The notes under the pieces were generated by a model, which made no database searches, was not told where the DNA came from, and was given only the letters and a program-made list of their open reading frames with translations. From a virus (taxonomy: Duplodnaviria; Caudoviricetes): a stretch of 36,981 nt of DNA. Positions 36,182 to 36,981 of this stretch are shown piece by piece. Numbering within the stretch: the stretch's first letter is position 1; each line of letters begins with the position of its first letter. Made by a program: the position numbers and the translations under genes. The stretch is taken from IMG/VR virus record IMGVR_UViG_3300020579_000026, positions 1 to 36,981 of that record; one strand, written 5' to 3'.

Positions 36182-36681
36182 GTTGGCCTTAGCCCACGCC
36201 ATACGTCTGCTCTATCTTCGTCAGTCCCGGCAGCACCGCCATCATCTATCGTATGGCGACCGTGTTCAACCGCACAAACAAAGCCGTTTTCTCTGACTTC
36301 ATCCATCCACTGTGATACCATCAACTTTGCCTTGGACACGTTCTCGTCCATGACGGCACTGACCTGTCGGATGGGCCTTTCCATCAGCACACAACCGCCG
36401 TATTCAATTGTCTCCCCAGCAATACGAAATCTTTTATTATGCCTGGTAGCCGGAACGGGACGCCAGCCCCGTTCCTCCATGCACTTATAATTTTGATCGG
36501 GTTTACCAAATACTGTTTTAACGACCCATTGATATGCTTGCCCATCGGGGGCCAGCTTGTTGAAACTATCAAAATCAAAAGCGGGTAACGGTAGATGAAA
36601 TACGGTACGCGCATAGGCCGCGCGAGGACTCGCGAGCAACGCTGCCCATGCACGAAGGAACGAACGGCGTGTCACGCCCAT
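36178..36681 (-). CDS. Paralog of 35214..35897 with a twin-arginine-like signal peptide
   Basis: ATG at 36681: MGVTRRSFLRAWAALLASPRAAYA; shares YQW, GWRPVPA.RH and IE..G..L.ERP with the paralog. Confidence 0.7.
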   Translation of the reverse strand: MGVTRRSFLRAWAALLASPRAAYARTVFHLPLPAFDFDSFNKLAPDGQAYQWVVKTVFGKPDQNYKCMEERGWRPVPATRHNKRFRIAGETIEYGGCVLMERPIRQVSAVMDENVSKAKLMVSQWMDEVRENGFVCAVEHGRHTIDDGGAAGTDEDRADVWRGLRPT

Positions 36682-36685
36682 TTTA

Positions 36686-36981
36686 TTACTGATCCACGTT
36701 CCCGTTCTCGAAGATGCCGGGCCGTTCCTTGCCCATCTCATACACGCGCCGGGCCATTTCGCGCACGCCGATGGGTTTACCGATCATCGAGGCATCCTTG
36801 ATGCGTCCCGCCGCCAGATCGGACTTGAGCCAGACATGGGTGCCGTCCTCGGCCGATTCCGCCTGGCCTTTGGTCAAGCGAACCTGAATTTGTTCCGACG
36901 ATCCACCCGATGCGGGAGAACCGCCGCCGTTGACGGGCACTGCCGGCACCGACTGCCTCCGTGTGTGAGAACGAACCTGGG
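36686..36981 (-). CDS. Scaffolding-type protein, C-terminal part (start outside window)
   Basis: Frame is open to the window edge; PAVPV..GG linker followed by VRLT..Q...A and G..EMAR helices. Confidence 0.6.
   Translation of the reverse strand, partial: QVRSHTRRQSVPAVPVNGGGSPASGGSSEQIQVRLTKGQAESAEDGTHVWLKSDLAAGRIKDASMIGKPIGVREMARRVYEMGKERPGIFENGNVDQ

Larger units (their letters stand above)
1..36981. mobile_element. Tailed phage/prophage genome segment, podovirus-like (both ends lie outside the window)
   Basis: Capsid, adaptor, nozzle, tail-collar, ejection-protein and Sak-like genes lie in two convergent, tightly coupled blocks. No host housekeeping genes are present. Confidence 0.95.

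Overview
The whole window is part of a tailed-phage (or prophage) genome with a podovirus-like layout. A GC-rich alphaproteobacterial host is inferred from intergenic GANTC motifs and -AA/-AAE C-termini; it is not proven. Bases 1-4706 (+ strand) are an early/recombination arm: small hypothetical genes, a coiled-coil Gam/Gp157-like protein, a Rad52/Rad22 (Sak-like) annealing protein and an HNH protein. Bases 4855-36981 (- strand) are one long late region. In transcription order it holds a scaffold C-terminus, two paralogous head-associated genes (one with a Tat-like signal), a cassette of two O-methyltransferases and two glycosyltransferases, a structured leader, a capsid-associated protein, the major capsid protein and a degenerate HNH-AP2 gene. 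It continues with Thr-rich and basic His/Lys-rich virion proteins, adaptor, nozzle and tail-collar genes, an exonuclease and a GNAT, two large putative ejection proteins, an HNH-NUMOD3 endonuclease and terminal tail fibres. The most notable observations are: (1) an ejection protein ending in an InPase domain plus a HiPIP-type 4-Cys domain; (2) a recurrent xxxGGx[VI] motif in five putative internal virion proteins, suggesting a di-Gly processing or packaging system; (3) four hairpins spaced 37-39 nt apart with the same loop ahead of the capsid operon; (4) a putative methylated-glycan virion-modification cassette with its own structured leader; (5) a Tat-signal paralog of a head-module gene; and (6) repeated TGATTCG/TTGACA intergenic elements. 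No integrase, terminase, portal, recognisable lysin, tRNA or CRISPR array was seen. All family calls come from motif recognition by eye, not from database searches.
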